Source of the DNA: the human T2T-CHM13v2.0 reference genome, Homo sapiens
Length of the DNA stretch: 64,000 nucleotides
Reading direction: 5' to 3' (one strand)
Assembly: GCF_009914755.1 (NCBI RefSeq)
Contig: NC_060943.1
Below, one piece after another: positions 13,310 through 44,611 of this stretch. The notes below the pieces were generated by a model, which was given only the letters and a program-made list of their open reading frames with translations, was not told the DNA's origin and did not search any database. Position numbers and translations under genes: made by a program. The first letter of the stretch is position 1. Each line of letters opens with the position of its first letter.

Positions 13310-13825
13310 GAATATTACAAATTGTAAAATGATTGCAAAATGACAACATTTTTTCATCCTACTTGTATCTATGCCCATAGCCAGGTGCTTTTACAGCTGT
13401 TTCCTTAAGATCTGGAATCTGTTTTCAAAACCCTATATCTGGCTGCCCTTATTTGCTTAGGTCAGTAGAAACCTGTGAACATGACAGTGGGCCAGTTTGG
13501 GGCCCAGGCTCAAATGGTATTGACTGCTTCTGTTTTTCTTTTAGAATGCTGCCATCTCCATGAATAATGCCCATGTTAGCCAGCTGGAAAATAAGATACC
13601 ATGAGGAGGAGAAGCAAGGTGCCCCTGTTGACAGGCCCAGAAGAAGAAACTCACCCCCAGAAGCAGAGCTGTCTAGTCAACAAGCAGCTGATGATACATG
13701 TCTGAAGGAGCTCAGCTGAGACTGGAAGAATGGCCCCACTCAGCTTGGCCTAAATGGCTGATCATTTCATTATGAACTAATAAGTTTTGGATGATTTGTT
13801 ATGCTGCAATAGCTAACTAATACAT
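13310..13825 (+). mobile_element. MaLR (MLT1-like) LTR remnant
   Basis: Typical MLT1 3' end: taagttttgg…tttgttatgctgcaatagctaactaataca; left boundary approximate. Confidence 0.55.
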
Positions 13826-14501
13826 GCACCCAGTACAGATAGGTTGCCAGGATTCAGAGACAGGTTGACTACGAGTTGGCTTCTAACAGTGGACACCCTC
13901 TAGGTACTGATTTCTTCCCCTGATTTAAAGTTTGATGTTTTGTGAGAGAATTTGGGTAATGCAGAAATACCTGTAGACATGTATGCGTGTGATTGGTGCT
14001 TAGACTCACATAGTCCCCCACACCACAGGAGAAAACAGATAAATACAGCCTGACCATTAGGGCCAAGACCAAATAGCAAAATATGTTTGCTTTTAATCTA
14101 TTTTCTCCATCTCTAAATACTGGAGTTCAAGTGTGTGGACAGAACTGAAGACAGCTGTTTTTCTCCTGTAGCCCCATCATCTTTTGTTCACTATCTGGTC
14201 TCTAAAAGAAAGGTGGGCAACAGGTGACCAGCAGTTGTTTATTACCTGTGGCTATTTTATTCCTACTGCCTATATGCTCTTAATTTTATACTTTATTATC
14301 TAGAAAAGTGTCATATGTATATTGGTGTTGTGGACCTTATGCTATTCTCTTCTCTCAGAGTTAGAGAATATTTTAGAGAATATTTCTGTGTTAAAAATTA
14401 TTGGAGAATTTCACTCATTTCTATTAATCAGAACCAATTCTCTTTACTCTGTCATTTTATTTTAATTCAAATGATAAATTCTGCTCATGACCATTTGGTA
14501 A

Positions 14502-14738
<237 letters not shown>

Positions 14739-14941
14739 TAATTTACGCTTTGCATAAATGAGTTTCTGATCCATTTTTTCAAGAAAATCTTGAGACTTTG
14801 TCTGTGTGGAAAAGAAGGTATTCAAGATGTCTCATCTTGACCTGAACTTTCCACATTCCTGAGCTGATCTGTATCCTTCACTGTAGATTAGTGGTAATTC
14901 CAGAAATGTAGTGGCATAAAATATTGTTGCCCATGTTTTTA

Positions 14942-15242
14942 GGCCAGGCACGGTGGCTCACTCCTGTAATCCCAGCACTTTGGGAGGCCAAGGTGGGCAG
15001 ACCACGAGGTCAGGAGTTTGAGACCAGCCTGGCCAACAAAGTGAAACCTTGTCTCTACTAAAAATACAAAAATTAGCCGGGCATGGTGGCACATGCCTGT
15101 AGTCCCAGCTACTCATGAGACTGAGGCTGGAGAATTCATTTGAACCCAGGAGGCAGAGGTTGTAGTGACCCGAGATCGTGCCACTGCACTCCAGCCTGGG
15201 CAACAGAGCAAAACTCTGTCCCACTCCACCCAAAAAAAAAAA
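14942..15242 (+). repeat. Alu in KRAB A-B intron
   Basis: Full Alu with A tail. Confidence 0.9.
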
Positions 15243-15480
15243 GTATTTATATATAGTTGCCCGTATTTTAAAATCTATTCATCAGCATCATGAGTACCGG
15301 GTAGTGAAATTAAGGACCTACAAATTTAAAATATTTTCTAAACATTTAGAAATTTCATTAATTAGTATTTTGAGATTAATTTTGGGAATATTCTATTACC
15401 TCCTCTTTACTAAGCATACTACTAGGTTGGTAATTGGAGAATAAGAGAAAGATTCAAGTTATTCATTTCTAATAAAGCAG

Positions 15481-15572
15481 GTATTGCTGTCACTAAGCCA
15501 GACCTGGTCACTGTCTGGAGCAAGGAAAAGAGCCCGAGAATATAAAGAGACAGATGGTAGCCAAATCCCCAG
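15481..15572 (+). pseudogene. KRAB-B exon (92 bp, frameshifted)
   Basis: aaagcag|GTATTGCTGTC…CCCCAG|gtagg. The usual length is 96 bp; here 1 nt is missing at gtcac^tgtctg and 3 nt at cat gag>cag. Confidence 0.92.
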
Positions 15573-15949
15573 GTAGGTGAGAGTGAACACAACAGATGAC
15601 ACAGATGAGAGGTCCAAATGTCAAAAAGAAAGCTGGTCCTTAAAATGTGATTTGGGAAGCTGTGTTCCAAAGGAAATAGTTTCTGGGATGTGTGAGCTTT
15701 TTTGTTTTTTGGGAGTATTTTTTGCTGTGACATAGGGGCATCTTCTCTCTTATGCTTTTAAATTCTTTAAAGATTCTGCTTTCCCTTTGGTGATCTTCCT
15801 TCAAGTGTACAGTGAGAGCCAAAGTCCTTTTCATGGCATGTAAAAGACTGTACAATCTCCCTGCTTTTCCATTATTTGGGGGGACACACAGATATCAGCA
15901 TAATTTTGGGAAACTCTATGTTAAACTATTTTTTAGTTTTCCTTTTTCA

Positions 15950-22115
<6,166 letters not shown>

Positions 22116-22164
22116 AACCTGGCTTTTTCACCTCACACTTGCTCTTTTTCTTACCATGTCCTGT

Positions 22165-26550
<4,386 letters not shown>

Positions 26551-27925
26551 ATCACCTCATTGTTACACTTTTATGTGTTTCTTGTAGATATGTCTTTTCT
26601 TATTTCCTGTTTTACTGCCTTAATTTTTGTTTTAATTTTATTGTGACATGCTTTATTTTTTATTTTGTTTTGCATACTTTCCATAAGTATAATGTAATCT
26701 TGAAATACAATGTAACCATATTGAAGAACAGATTACATAAAACATCTTTTAAAGTTAAAACAATGTATTTTAATCTCATCACACTTCAATTAAATACAAA
26801 ACCTATACTGTTATATTTTCCAGTTTGTTATTAATATTAAAAACCATATTATCTTACATCATGTATCTATTAACAGATTTATACAGATTTATATCTTGTT
26901 TTTTATATCTGTAGAAGAACTTTAAGGGTTTTATGCAGCATCATTATGATAGTAAAAAATTCTATATGTGTCCATATTTACATTTAATAGAGAACTTTAT
27001 ATTTATATATGTTTTACGATGCTGTCTAGTATCATTTTGTTTTTCAACATAATGGACTCATTTTAGCATTTCTTTTTGTTTGCATGCAGAGTCTCACTAT
27101 GTTTCTCTGGCTGATCTTGAACTACTGGTCTCAAGTGATCTATCTACCTTGTCTTCCTAAAGCTATAGAATTACAGGCCTGAGCCACTGTGCCTGGCTAC
27201 CATTTAACATTTTATGTAGGACTGTGGTAGTTGTAATAAATGCCCTGAACTTTTATTTTGGAAAGTCTTTATTTTTATCTTGTTTTTGAAGTAAAATAAT
27301 TTTGAATTAAGTATTAGTTAAAAATTCTTTTATAACATCAAAATTTGGGAAGTTCTCAGACTTTTTTGTCTTCAAGTAAGCTCTGTATTACTTTTTCCCT
27401 ATATTCTTCTAAGATTCCTTTCATGAATATATTGATCTACTTGATGGTGTCCAATACATTTTACATTCCATATTTTAATTTTGTTTTGCAATGTTATATT
27501 TTTGTGTTATATATTTTAAGGTATGCCACCTCACACCATTTACTTGTGTTTTGGTGTTTTATTTTATATTGTAATTGTGTATGACAGTGTTTAACTCTGT
27601 GCAATTTAAGACAGTCTCTAGCAAAATCAATATAAATCAGCCAGAAGTCTACTGCCAATATAATTACCTCTGTGTTTGTTTACCTCTATAAATGTCATCT
27701 CTGTTTATTTTATCACTTCTATATTTGTTTTGTAGGTTTGTTTTGAATGGTCGTTTTGTCTTGGCTAGGTGACCAGTTATAAAATTCTCCTAATTTCAGT
27801 ATCTGTTGTGAATCTACATTACTTCTGTGTGGGAGAAATACTTTGGGATTTGAAGATAAAATTGAAACTATTATATCTTTATGTATTGTTCATTTTTACT
27901 TGTCAAAAACACATAAAATATTATC

Positions 27926-28888
<963 letters not shown>

Positions 28889-31695
28889 ATAGAAAGAAAT
28901 TTGCATTGCTTTTACCTATTGGCTTTCAGTAAAAATGCTGCAATAATTATGGGTATGAAAATAACTCTTCATATGACCATATATGTGAAAGTTTATATAG
29001 GTGCTGCATTCTATTTTATTAGCCTACTTTTTACCCATTATACTCATACCAAATTGTTTTAATTCTGTAGCTTTGTAATGTGTTTTGAAATCAGGAACTA
29101 TAATGCCTTCATTTTCTTTTTTTGAAGACTCTTGGGTACTTTATTGTCTCTTGACATTTTATATATTTTTGGAGTTGTTGTTTCTATTTCCTCAAAAATG
29201 CAACGAGAAATTTTTTAAAACATTGCATTAAATCTGTAGATTACATTGAGAAGTATGGATGTTTTCAAAATATCAATTATTTCTACCTTTAAACAGGAGC
29301 ATGCTCAAGAGTGTGTTGTTTAATTTCCATGTATTTGTGAATTTTTAGTTCTTTTTCTATTATTGTTTTATACTCATTACATTTTGTTCATATAATCCAT
29401 ACAATTTCAGTCTTAGCAAACGCATTAAGACTTCCTTTTTGGCCTAACATATGGTCTACCAAGGAGAATGTTGTATGAGCAATTGAGAAGCATGTGTATC
29501 CTGATATTGTTGAGGAGTCTTCTCTATATATCTGTTAGAAATAATTGTTTTATACTGCCTTCAAGTCCTCTCTTCACTAACAAATATTCTGTTTTGTTTT
29601 ATTTTTATTATGGAAAGTAGGGTATGGAAATGTCCTACTATAATTATATTGCTGTCTAGGTGTTTCTTCCATTCTGTCAATGTTTGCTTTATATATTTGG
29701 AAACTTAATGTGAGATACACACACACACACACATACATTTGACTTAGGTTATCAGTAAATGAATCTATTATTTTTTAATGTCCTTCTTTGTCTCTTTGCA
29801 ATTTTGACTTTTAGTACATTTTATAAAATATGAAAGTTTTTCACTTAAGATATAGCTTATGTCATATTATTTTGACCTCTTCTCTCATTTGGTTAATATT
29901 TACTTGCAATATGTATATCCATCTTGCCACTTTCAGTTTTTTTTATCAATAGATCTCAGCTTACTCTTGTAGAAAGGCAAATTGGATCTCAGTTTTTAAA
30001 ATATTTAAATAAATCTCTTTATTAAAAGTATGTTTCTTGATTGCAAAGTTAAAGATATATATTTAAATAATTTTCTGAAACAGAAAGACATACTAATGTT
30101 ATTTTATTGTTTTATTTGATTCTTATATCTTGGTCACTCATTTTCTCTTTGTCTTTGTGTCTTTTTAGTTTTATATTGATATGTTTCTTTTACTTATTTC
30201 TTAATTTGTTTTGTGCATCTATACACATATGTTCTTTGAGGTACCTTGGGGATTACATAAACCTCTAAAAGATAAAACAGTATATTTCAATCTGGTAAAA
30301 AGGAACTTCATTTGCATGCACAATTTTTTTCTCATTACATCTTCCCTCAAATTTGTCATTGATTTTGCTAATTATATCTTTTTATGTTGTATATTTATTA
30401 ACAGATGTTTATAATGATTTCTGTGATTTTCTCTTTCAACTTTCAGATAATAATTAAAAATGTTTTCCGCACCATTATTATAATGCAAAGAAATTCCATT
30501 TTGGTGTATGTGCATATACTTAGAAGTAAAAGTATATATGTGCATATAATCTTTCCCAGAAAATAAATGTAGTTTTATATGATTATGTGTTGCTTTTGTT
30601 GAATTATGTTATTTTCAGAAGAAGCAACTGCTTGCAGCACTTTTTATATGTAGGGTTTATGGAGTTCCAATATACTTTTCAGAATTTTGTTATTTTTGAA
30701 AGTTTTTTTCTTTTTATTTGGCAGGACAGATTTGCTGATGGTATTATGCTGTCTTGATCGCTGTATTTTCAGGAGTTTGACTTTATCACACATTTCCCTT
30801 CTGGTCTGCAAAATTTTTGTTGACAATTCACTGGCTGTCTCATAAGACTATGCTTGCAAATGATGCATCACTTTTATCTTGCAGCTCCCAAGGTTCTCTT
30901 CTTGTCTGTGACTTTTGAAATTGTGCTTATATATGTGTTTGTTATAAATATCTTTGTGTGTTTCCTAGTTTGTTTGTTGAGCTTCAACATATTGCCTTAT
31001 TTTGTATACATTGTAATCCTTGATTGAAATTTGGACATTAAAAAAGGCTACCTGTCACAATCTTTATAATGTAGCTTTGTCCTGGCATAGTCTGAACAAT
31101 CGTCTTGGTTAGAGATTCTGGGAGTCTCTCAAACATGTTCTTAGAATGTGTCTTGTCTGAAATGTTCTTTATTTTTTAGTTAAAGGAATTTATTCATGTT
31201 TCTTCTTAATAGTAGTCATGTGCTACACCTGTTTTCTCTGTGTGGTACAGTAGTCTCTCTGGTGCTGTAACATTTACCTTTGGTCTCAGCAAACTTAAAC
31301 TGTCACTCCAAAGTATACCACCATTTCTTTCAGCATTATATTTCAAGAGAGACACAAACCAGTTTTGGAAAGCTCCTAGAAGCAAGTAACAAAGATGAAT
31401 GTGCCAGTATTTTACTTGTCGTTAAAAAGTTGGCAATTTACTTCTAAAGACACTATGTTATATTGGGGAGCAGAAAGAGCTGTGTTGGGTAAATATAACA
31501 GACTTTCACTTCCAGGTGGCTCTTTGCGTTGTTCTCACCATGGGCACTTCATACACTTAGCTCATTTGTAAATTTTTTTCAGATGTAATTTGGTTGGTAT
31601 GTTTTTGTTACATTTACATGTCTAAAGGAATGAGGGCCTTTGGTATTTTCCTATGCCATCTTGTTTATGTAGTTTGTATAATAAGTTAGATTTGA

Positions 31696-33430
<1,735 letters not shown>

Positions 33431-34289
33431 AAAATTTAAAGAAATTTTAATACAAAATTAAGTCTATGTAAATATCAGAGAATTTACAGTAGAAATATAT
33501 AAGGCACTGACACTTCAGATATTATACTAAATCACAGTGCTCATGATAGAAAATAATCTAAAACTAAAGTTGGTAGAAAAATTATTCATATATAAGTTTA
33601 AAAGAATTTTTTGCAGAATTATAATTACATTCAAAGTATGCTTAACTTTTGGAAAACATAGATTTTTTGAAAAGTGAATAATGATGTAATTCAATTCTCA
33701 AATTATTTCCTGCTGTTTCTTCATTCCTATTTACATGTGAGAGCATGTGATGAATTGTTGCTGCATCCAAGATATGAGAGATTCTTTTTTTATTACGTGA
33801 GCATTATTTATAAACTTTGTTATGAAAATGTAAGGACATTAAAATGTAAGATGCATGATGAAAATCTAAGTGAAGAGACCTTTGTGGTTAACTTATAATA
33901 TTGAGTAATGTGTGAGTTAAGTGTTCAGTCATATTCTTCTGTATTATGAGAAGAAAACATTTTTAATTTCATAAGTAAATTAAAATTTAGTATATTGTAC
34001 TAATTATACTTTTATATAAAATGCAGTATATTTTGAAAATTTCAGATTATATGTGATGTTAATATATTCAACATCTTTAACATTTTAAATACTGTTGTGC
34101 ATTCAGTGAAGTGTTATGTAACAAACATTAATTCCCCCTTACTCAAGGTTGTACATAAAATATGGTAATAATATACTATTTGTTAACATAATGGATTAAC
34201 TTCTCTAGTACTTTTGCCAGTGGCTTTGACTGCAAATAAGTTAAACAATATTATTTCTTTAAATTAAATTTTTGTTTCTATTTTATTTA

Positions 34290-37809
<3,520 letters not shown>

Positions 37810-37833
37810 CCAACTTACTAATGCCCTGAACAA

Positions 37834-38370
37834 TTTTTTTTTTTAGATGGCCCTTTTTTTTTTTATTATAGTTTAAGTTTTAGGGTACATGTGCACATTG
37901 TGCAGGTTAGTTACATATGTATACATGTGCCATGCTGGTGCGCTGCACCCACTAACTCATCATCTAGCATTAGGTATATCTCCCAATGCTATACCTCCCC
38001 CCTCCCCCCACCCCACAACAGTCCCCAGAGTGTGATATTCCCCTTCCTGTGTCCATATGATCTCATTGTTCAATTCCCATCTATGAGTGAGAATATGCGG
38101 TGTTTGGTTTTTTGTTCTTGCGATAGTTTACTGAGAATGATGATTTCCAATTTCATCCATGTCCCTACAAAGGACATGAACTCATATTTTTTATGGCTGC
38201 ATAGTATTCCATGGTGTATATGTGCCACATTTTCTTAATCCAGTCTATCATTGTTGGACATTTGGGTTGGTTCCAAGTCTTTGCTATCGTGAATAATGCT
38301 GCAATAAACATACGTGTGCATGTGTCTTTATATCAGCATGATTTATAGTTCTTTGGGTACATACCCAGTA
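37834..38370 (-). mobile_element. Young 5'-truncated L1PA 3' end (~0.5 kb)
   Basis: L1 3' UTR (G-tract, tagggtacatgtgcacattgtgcagg) and ORF2 end; TSD ccctgaac(a/t)atttt at 37824-37837 / 38372-38385. Confidence 0.92.
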
Positions 38371-38779
38371 TCCCTGAACTATTTTATGGGGTTTTCATTC
38401 TATTTTTCTGTAGTAGTTTCAGAGTTTCAGGTCTTACATTTATTTGTTATTATTACTATTTTGAGATGGAGTCTCACTCTTGTTGCCCAGGCTGGAGTGC
38501 AATGGCGCGCGATCTCAACTCACTGCAACCTTAGCCTCCTGGGTTCAAGTGATTCTTCTGCCTCAGCCTCTCTCCCAAGTAGGTGGTATTACAGGCACAT
38601 GCAACCATTTTGTATTTTTAGTAGGAAATTTTGTATTTTTCTACACCAGCTAGTTTTGTATTTTTAGTAGAAACAGGGTTTCACTACCTTGGCCAGGCTG
38701 GTCGCAAACAACTGACCTCAGGTAATCTGCCCGCCTCCACCTCCCAAAATGCTGGGATTACAGGCGTGAGCCACCAGGT

Positions 38780-41410
38780 TCATCCTAAGCCTTACATTTA
38801 AGTGTCTAATTTACTTTTAGTTGATTTTTATATATGGTGTGAGATGAGGGTCTCATTTTATTTCTCTGCCTGTGGATATAAAGTTATCTCAACACCATTT
38901 ATTGAAGATACTGTTCTTTTGGCTCACGCCTGTAATCCCAGCACTTTGGCAGGACAAGGCGGGTGGATCAGGAGGTCAGGAGATCAAGACCATCCTGGCC
39001 AACATGGTGAAACCTGTCTCTACTAAAATACAAAAAATTATCCAGGTGTGGGCGCCTGTAGTCCTAGCTACTAAGGAGGCTGAGGCAGGGGAATCACTTG
39101 AACCTGGAAGGTGGGGGTTGCAGTGGCAAGATTGTGCCACTGCACTCCAGCCTGGCGACAGAACAAGACTCCATCTTAAAAAAAGAAAAAAAAAAAAGAA
39201 AAGAAAAGAAATTGTCATCTTTATTCCAAATCAGTTAGCTTTAAATACATGGATATATTTCTGGTCTCTTTTTTACTGCTCCATTGGCCTATGTGTCTGT
39301 TTTTATTCAAGTACCGTACTGCTTTAGTTACTATAGCACTGTAGAATATTTGAAAGGTATGGTAATACCTTCATGTTTTTTTCTTGATTGCTTTGGCTAT
39401 TCAGAGTCTTTCGTGGTACCATATACATTTTCTATGATGTATGCCACTGGTATTTTGATAGAGGTTGCATTATACCTGTAGATCATTTTGTGTAATACAG
39501 AAATTTATTAATGGAATTCAATAAATGAGTAATATTTCATTTGTGCATTACTTAATTTATTCAATGTTATTTACAGTGTAATGTAAGGTGTTTCAACTTT
39601 TTGGTTAAGTTTATTTCAAAGTATACTACAGTTATTGAGATGGAATTATTTTTTAATTTCATTTTGAGATAGTTGTTAGTGTACATAAATGCTACTGACT
39701 TTTGGATGTTGCTTTTGTATTCTGAAAGCTTAATAAATGTGTTTATTCTAATATTTTATAGTAAATTCTTAGGCTTTTCTGTATTTCAGGTTATGTACAG
39801 CAATAAAAGATAATTATACAGGGATAATGTAATTTCTTCCTAACCTAGATGCCTTTGATTTTATTCTCTAATTTCTTTGTCATGGACTTTCAGAACTATG
39901 TTTAGTAAGACTGATTAGAATGGACATCTTTGTCTTGTTTTAGCTTTTAGAGTAAAAGCTTATAATATTTCACTGTTTAGTATGTTGTTAGCTGTGCATT
40001 TTTTTGTTATATGTGGCATTTATTGACTGAGGTGCATTTGTTCTATACCTAATTTTTTCAGAGATTTATCATAAGGGAATGTCAACTTTTGTCAAACTTT
40101 TATTCTGCTTCTGTTCTTTTCTTTTTGTTCTCTGCATCTATTTAAATATTAGGGATGTGAAATCACAACTAATCCTACATAAATACAAAAAATCATGAGA
40201 GACTACTATGAACCCCTCTATGCCGGCAAACTAGAAAATTTGGAAAAAATATGCTGGGCAAGGTGGCTCACACCTGTAATCCAAGCACTTTGGGAGGCTG
40301 AGATGGGCAGATCACCTGAGGTCAGGAGTTCGAGACCAGCCTGGCCAATATGGTGAAAACTCATCTCTACTAAAAGTACAAAAAATAAAAATAAAAAAAA
40401 TTAACCAGAAATGTTGTCACACACCTGTAATCCCAGCTACTCAGGAGACTGAGGCAGGAGAATCACTTGAACTCAGGAGGCAGAAATTGCAGTGAGAGTG
40501 AGCTTAGATCGCACCACTGCACTCCAGCCTGGGTGACAGGGTGAGACTCTGTCTCAAAAAAATAAAAAAAATTGGAGAAAATAAATAAACTCCTCGATAC
40601 AAACAGCTTTCCAAGACTGAACCAGAAATAAGGAGATCTCGAACAGAGCAAAAGTGTATAAAATGTATAATGAAACTGAATTAGTAATAAACTACCAACC
40701 ATAAAAGCCCTGGATCATATGAAATCACATCCAAATTTTACCCCACATACAAAGACATTCTGCTGAATGTACTCCAAAAAATCAAGGTAAGATTCCACCC
40801 TAACTCACTATATAAAATCAGTACTATCTAGTGAACAAAATCTAGTGAAGGCACAACTAAAAAAGAAAACTCCAGGCCGATATTTTTCATAAACATTAAA
40901 ACAAAAATCCTGCATGAAATACTGGCAAGCTGAGTTCATAAGCAAATGAGAAAGTTATTTTGCCACAACCGTGTGATTTTTATTCCACATATGCAAGGAT
41001 GTTTCATCATATGCAAGTTATAAGTGCGATTCACCATGTAAAAATAATTAAAAGCCAAAAATTATAAGATTAACACAATAGATGCAGAAAAAGCATTGAA
41101 GAAAATCCAATATTCATTCATGAAAATATTCTCAACAAACAAGGCATTGATGAAACATACCTCAAAGTGATAAGAGCCATCTATGACAAATCCTCAGCCA
41201 ACATTATACTGAAAAGGCAATAGCTGCATGCATTCTCCATTAGAATAAAAATAAGACAAGAATACCCACTCTAACACTCCTATTCAACATAATTCTAGAA
41301 GTCTTAGTCAGAGCAATCCAACAAACTAAAGAAATAAAAAGCATCTAAACAGAAAAAAAGGAAGTTAAATTATCTTACACTGATGATATAATGCTCTACC
41401 TAGAAAACTT
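38780..41410. mobile_element. Old L1 ORF2 fragments: minus strand to ~40145, plus strand ~40155-41410, with Alus at ~38921-39210 and ~40253-40570
   Basis: Degenerate ORF2/RT motifs (atagatgcagaaaaagcatt, ctattcaacata, gatgatata). Confidence 0.7.
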
Positions 41411-42109
41411 TACAGATTTCCGGAAGTATATAATTTTAAAATATAAATTATGGCTGTTAAATATCTTCATTTCTATACCTATTTTGGCTAATATTAAGGC
41501 TGATTGAAAATATAAGTTGTTAGAAAATTTCTTGAATTAAGGCCATTAGTTAATTATTAACATAATTTGAGACATAATAGCAATGAAAATCAGCATTGAT
41601 TAATGAAACAAATATTATCTAGCCCCTGGTAATCATTTTCTCTCCCACCCAATGTGAAAGCACTATCTTTGTGTCATCTCTCCCAGTTCTAAGAAAGAGG
41701 CTTCTGATCAAATTGATCAGCATACAAATTTGTAAAGTTTAACTTTTAGTCTAAAAATTTATTATCAGCAAAGTTTATCTTTTGATATGTAATATTTTAT
41801 TCTATTTAAATTCTTCAGAAAAGTGAAACTGACACAGCTTGCATTTAACTTTTTTTGTAAGTTAAAAATGCTTAAGAAACTTTTTTTATAGAAACTAAAA
41901 CAAAATAATTTTACATTTTTGGAGAACATTTCTCAAGTACTTCAAGTTATCTTTCTCTGACAGTAGATATATATTTTTCTCTATTGCTGTAATAGAGCTT
42001 TGACTGTCCTTTGTGGCCGACTCTATCATTTTTATTCTATTTTGTTGTGTGGTGTTTATGTTATGCATCTTACATTGTAAAAGTTGTAGTCCATGCAGGC
42101 AATGTAATA

Positions 42110-43098
42110 ATTTTTTTTTTTTTTTTTGAGATGGAGTCCTGCTCTGTCACCCAAGATAGACCGCGGTGGCGCAATCTTGGCTCACGGCAACCTCTGCCTC
42201 CCAGGTTCAAGTGATTCTCCTGCCTCAGCCTCCTGAGTAGCTGGGATTACATGTGCATGCCATCATGCCTAATTTTTGTACTTTTAGTAGAGACGGGGTT
42301 TCACTATGTTGGTCAGGCTGGTCTCGAACTCCTGATCTCATGATCTGCCTGCTTCTGCCTCCCAAAGTGCTGAGATTTCAGGTGTGAGCCCCCACGCCCC
42401 ACCTGTTTTGTTTTTGAGATGAAGTCTTGATCTGTTTCCCAGGCTGGGGTGCAGTGATGCAATCTCAGCTCACGGCAGCTTCTGTCACTCGGGTTCAAGT
42501 GATTCTCCTGCCTCAGCCTCCTGAGTAGCTGGGATTACAGGTTCCCACCACCACACCCAGCTAATTTTTGTATTTTTAGTAGAGACAGGGTTTTGCCATG
42601 TTAGCCAGGCTGGTCTTGAACTCTTGACCTTAGGTGATGTGCCTGCCTTGACCTCACAAAGTGCTGGGATTACAAGCTTGAGCCGCCACACCCAGCAGCA
42701 ATGTAATTTTCAAACAATTGACCAGCCTTTTTCCATGTCAAACTCTCTGCTTAATCAGTCCTTTATTTTCACTCTTCAAAGGCATTTTAACTGTGTTTTT
42801 TTGTTTTGTTTTGTTTTTGATGGACTTTCATTCTTATTGCCCAGGCTGAAGTGCAATGGCATGATCTCAGCTCACCACGACTGCTGCTTCCTGAGTTCAA
42901 GCAATTTTCCTGCCTCAGCCTCCTAAGTAGCTGGGACTGCAGGCAGGTGCCACCACATCTGGCTAGTTTTGTATTTTTAGTAGAGATGGGGTTTCTCCAT
43001 GTTGGTCAGGCTGGTCTCGAACTCCCAACCTCAGATGATCTGCCCACCTTGGCCTCCCAAAGTGCGGGGATTACAGGCATGAGCCACCGTGCCTGGCC
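42110..43098 (-). repeat. Three Alus in the same orientation (42110-42402, 42405-42695, 42795-43098)
   Basis: Alu consensus. Confidence 0.88.
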
Positions 43099-43156
43099 AT
43101 ATACATGCTTTTATGACAAATCATTTTGTGATCATTTAAAGTTTTAATTTAGCAGT

Positions 43157-43667
43157 TGCCAAGACCAGCTCAGCTGGGGAGACCCTAACCCAGTGGCACT
43201 AGAGGAATTAAAGACACTCACAGAAATATAGAGGTGTGAAGTGGGAAATCAGGGGTCTCACAGCCTTCAGAGCTGAGAGCCCTGAACAGAGATTTACCCA
43301 GATATTTATTAACAGCAAACCAGTCATTAGCATTGTTTCTATAGATATTAAATTAACTAAAAGTATCCCTTATGGGAAATGAAGGGATGGGCTGAATTAA
43401 AGGAATATGTTGGGCTAGTTAACTGCAGCAGGAGCATGTCCTTAAGGCCTAAATAGCTCATGCTATTGTTTATGGCTTAAGAATGCCCTTAAGTGGTTTT
43501 CTGCCCTGAGCAGGCCAGGTGTTCCTTGCCCTCATTCCCATAAGCCCACAACCTTCCAGCGCGGGCGTTAGGGCCATTATGAACATGTTACAGTGCTGCA
43601 GAGATTTTGTTTATGGCCAGTCTTGGGGCCAGTTTATAGCCAGATTTTAGGGGGCTTGCTCCCAACA
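43157..43667 (-). mobile_element. 3' LTR (MER9-type)
   Basis: Direct repeat of 49520-50030; TG…CA ends. Confidence 0.93.
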
Positions 43668-43699
43668 TGCCCCCTTCTCTGATTTGCAAATCAATAAAA

Positions 43700-44600
43700 A
43701 CAAGGGCAGCTTTCTCACAGTGAGCTACTTCTCACAGGAGTCGGGATCTACATCTGCAGACTATACAAAGGCAAACAACACAGATTAAAACTACAGCCAT
43801 CATTGAAATCAGAGAGCTTCCAAGTGTTTTTATCCATTTTAATGGGTTACTAGCTGCTAATTTGTCTGCAGCTCCTTTAAACACTCCAGTTCCTGGCATT
43901 AAGGTCAGGTGTGCCTGGGATGCTTTAAATATTTGCTCTTTTAATTTTAAATCCTTATGTTAAGCTCCTAGAGCAGGCCATATCATTTGAGGTTGAGGTG
44001 CCACTATACCGTCATGGTTCCAGATAATAGGAACTTTTGCCATACTTATTATTATATCTACCATCTGACCATTTTGTTCAGATCACCTGAACATAGTGTG
44101 ACCGTGGCATGCAGACTGAGAGGTGCAATTCAAGCTAAACATCCCTTTAGGGGATCAATTAATAATGATTCCATAGGAAACATTCTGCAGCACCTCTGCC
44201 TGTTCTGCAAAGCAATCTTCCTAAATAAGTACGTTCATTTTTTCTACTGGGTCCAATCCTGTTTACAAATAGGTTTTTGAGGGCAGTATGCCTCAATTAT
44301 AGGAGCAGATTTATTATGGTAAATACGGAGATCAGAAAGCATGTGTAACTGTGTCATAGAGTGATTGCATCCAGGCATTATTACCAGCCCTTATTGAAGG
44401 AATACTCACAGCAATGGTGATAACCACTATCATAGCTACCATTAAGTTATTCATTGTGACTGATTGTCCTGCTTTCCTCAGGTTTTCTTCCACCATCTGT
44501 GACAGCTTCTTGATCTGTCCCCAGGTGGGTGGCTGTGTTAGACGGGTGTTGCTTGTGACAGTTGGGGTCCTCCTCAGTGTCAGCCTGGACATGGCTGCAA
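43700..44600 (-). pseudogene. HML-3 env with most of SU deleted
   Basis: Signal-peptide region (PPTWGQIKKL…NLMVAMIVVITIAVSIP) runs directly into AWMQSLYD; only ~0.9 kb remains before the PPT. Confidence 0.75.
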
Positions 44601-44611
44601 CTGGCGGGTCC

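Noticed and set aside
38780-41410. Twin-primed (5'-inverted) single L1 at the strand switch near 40150
   Set aside because: Both arms appear to contain the same ORF2 segment (atagatgcaga…), which fits two separate old fragments better; no TSD identified.
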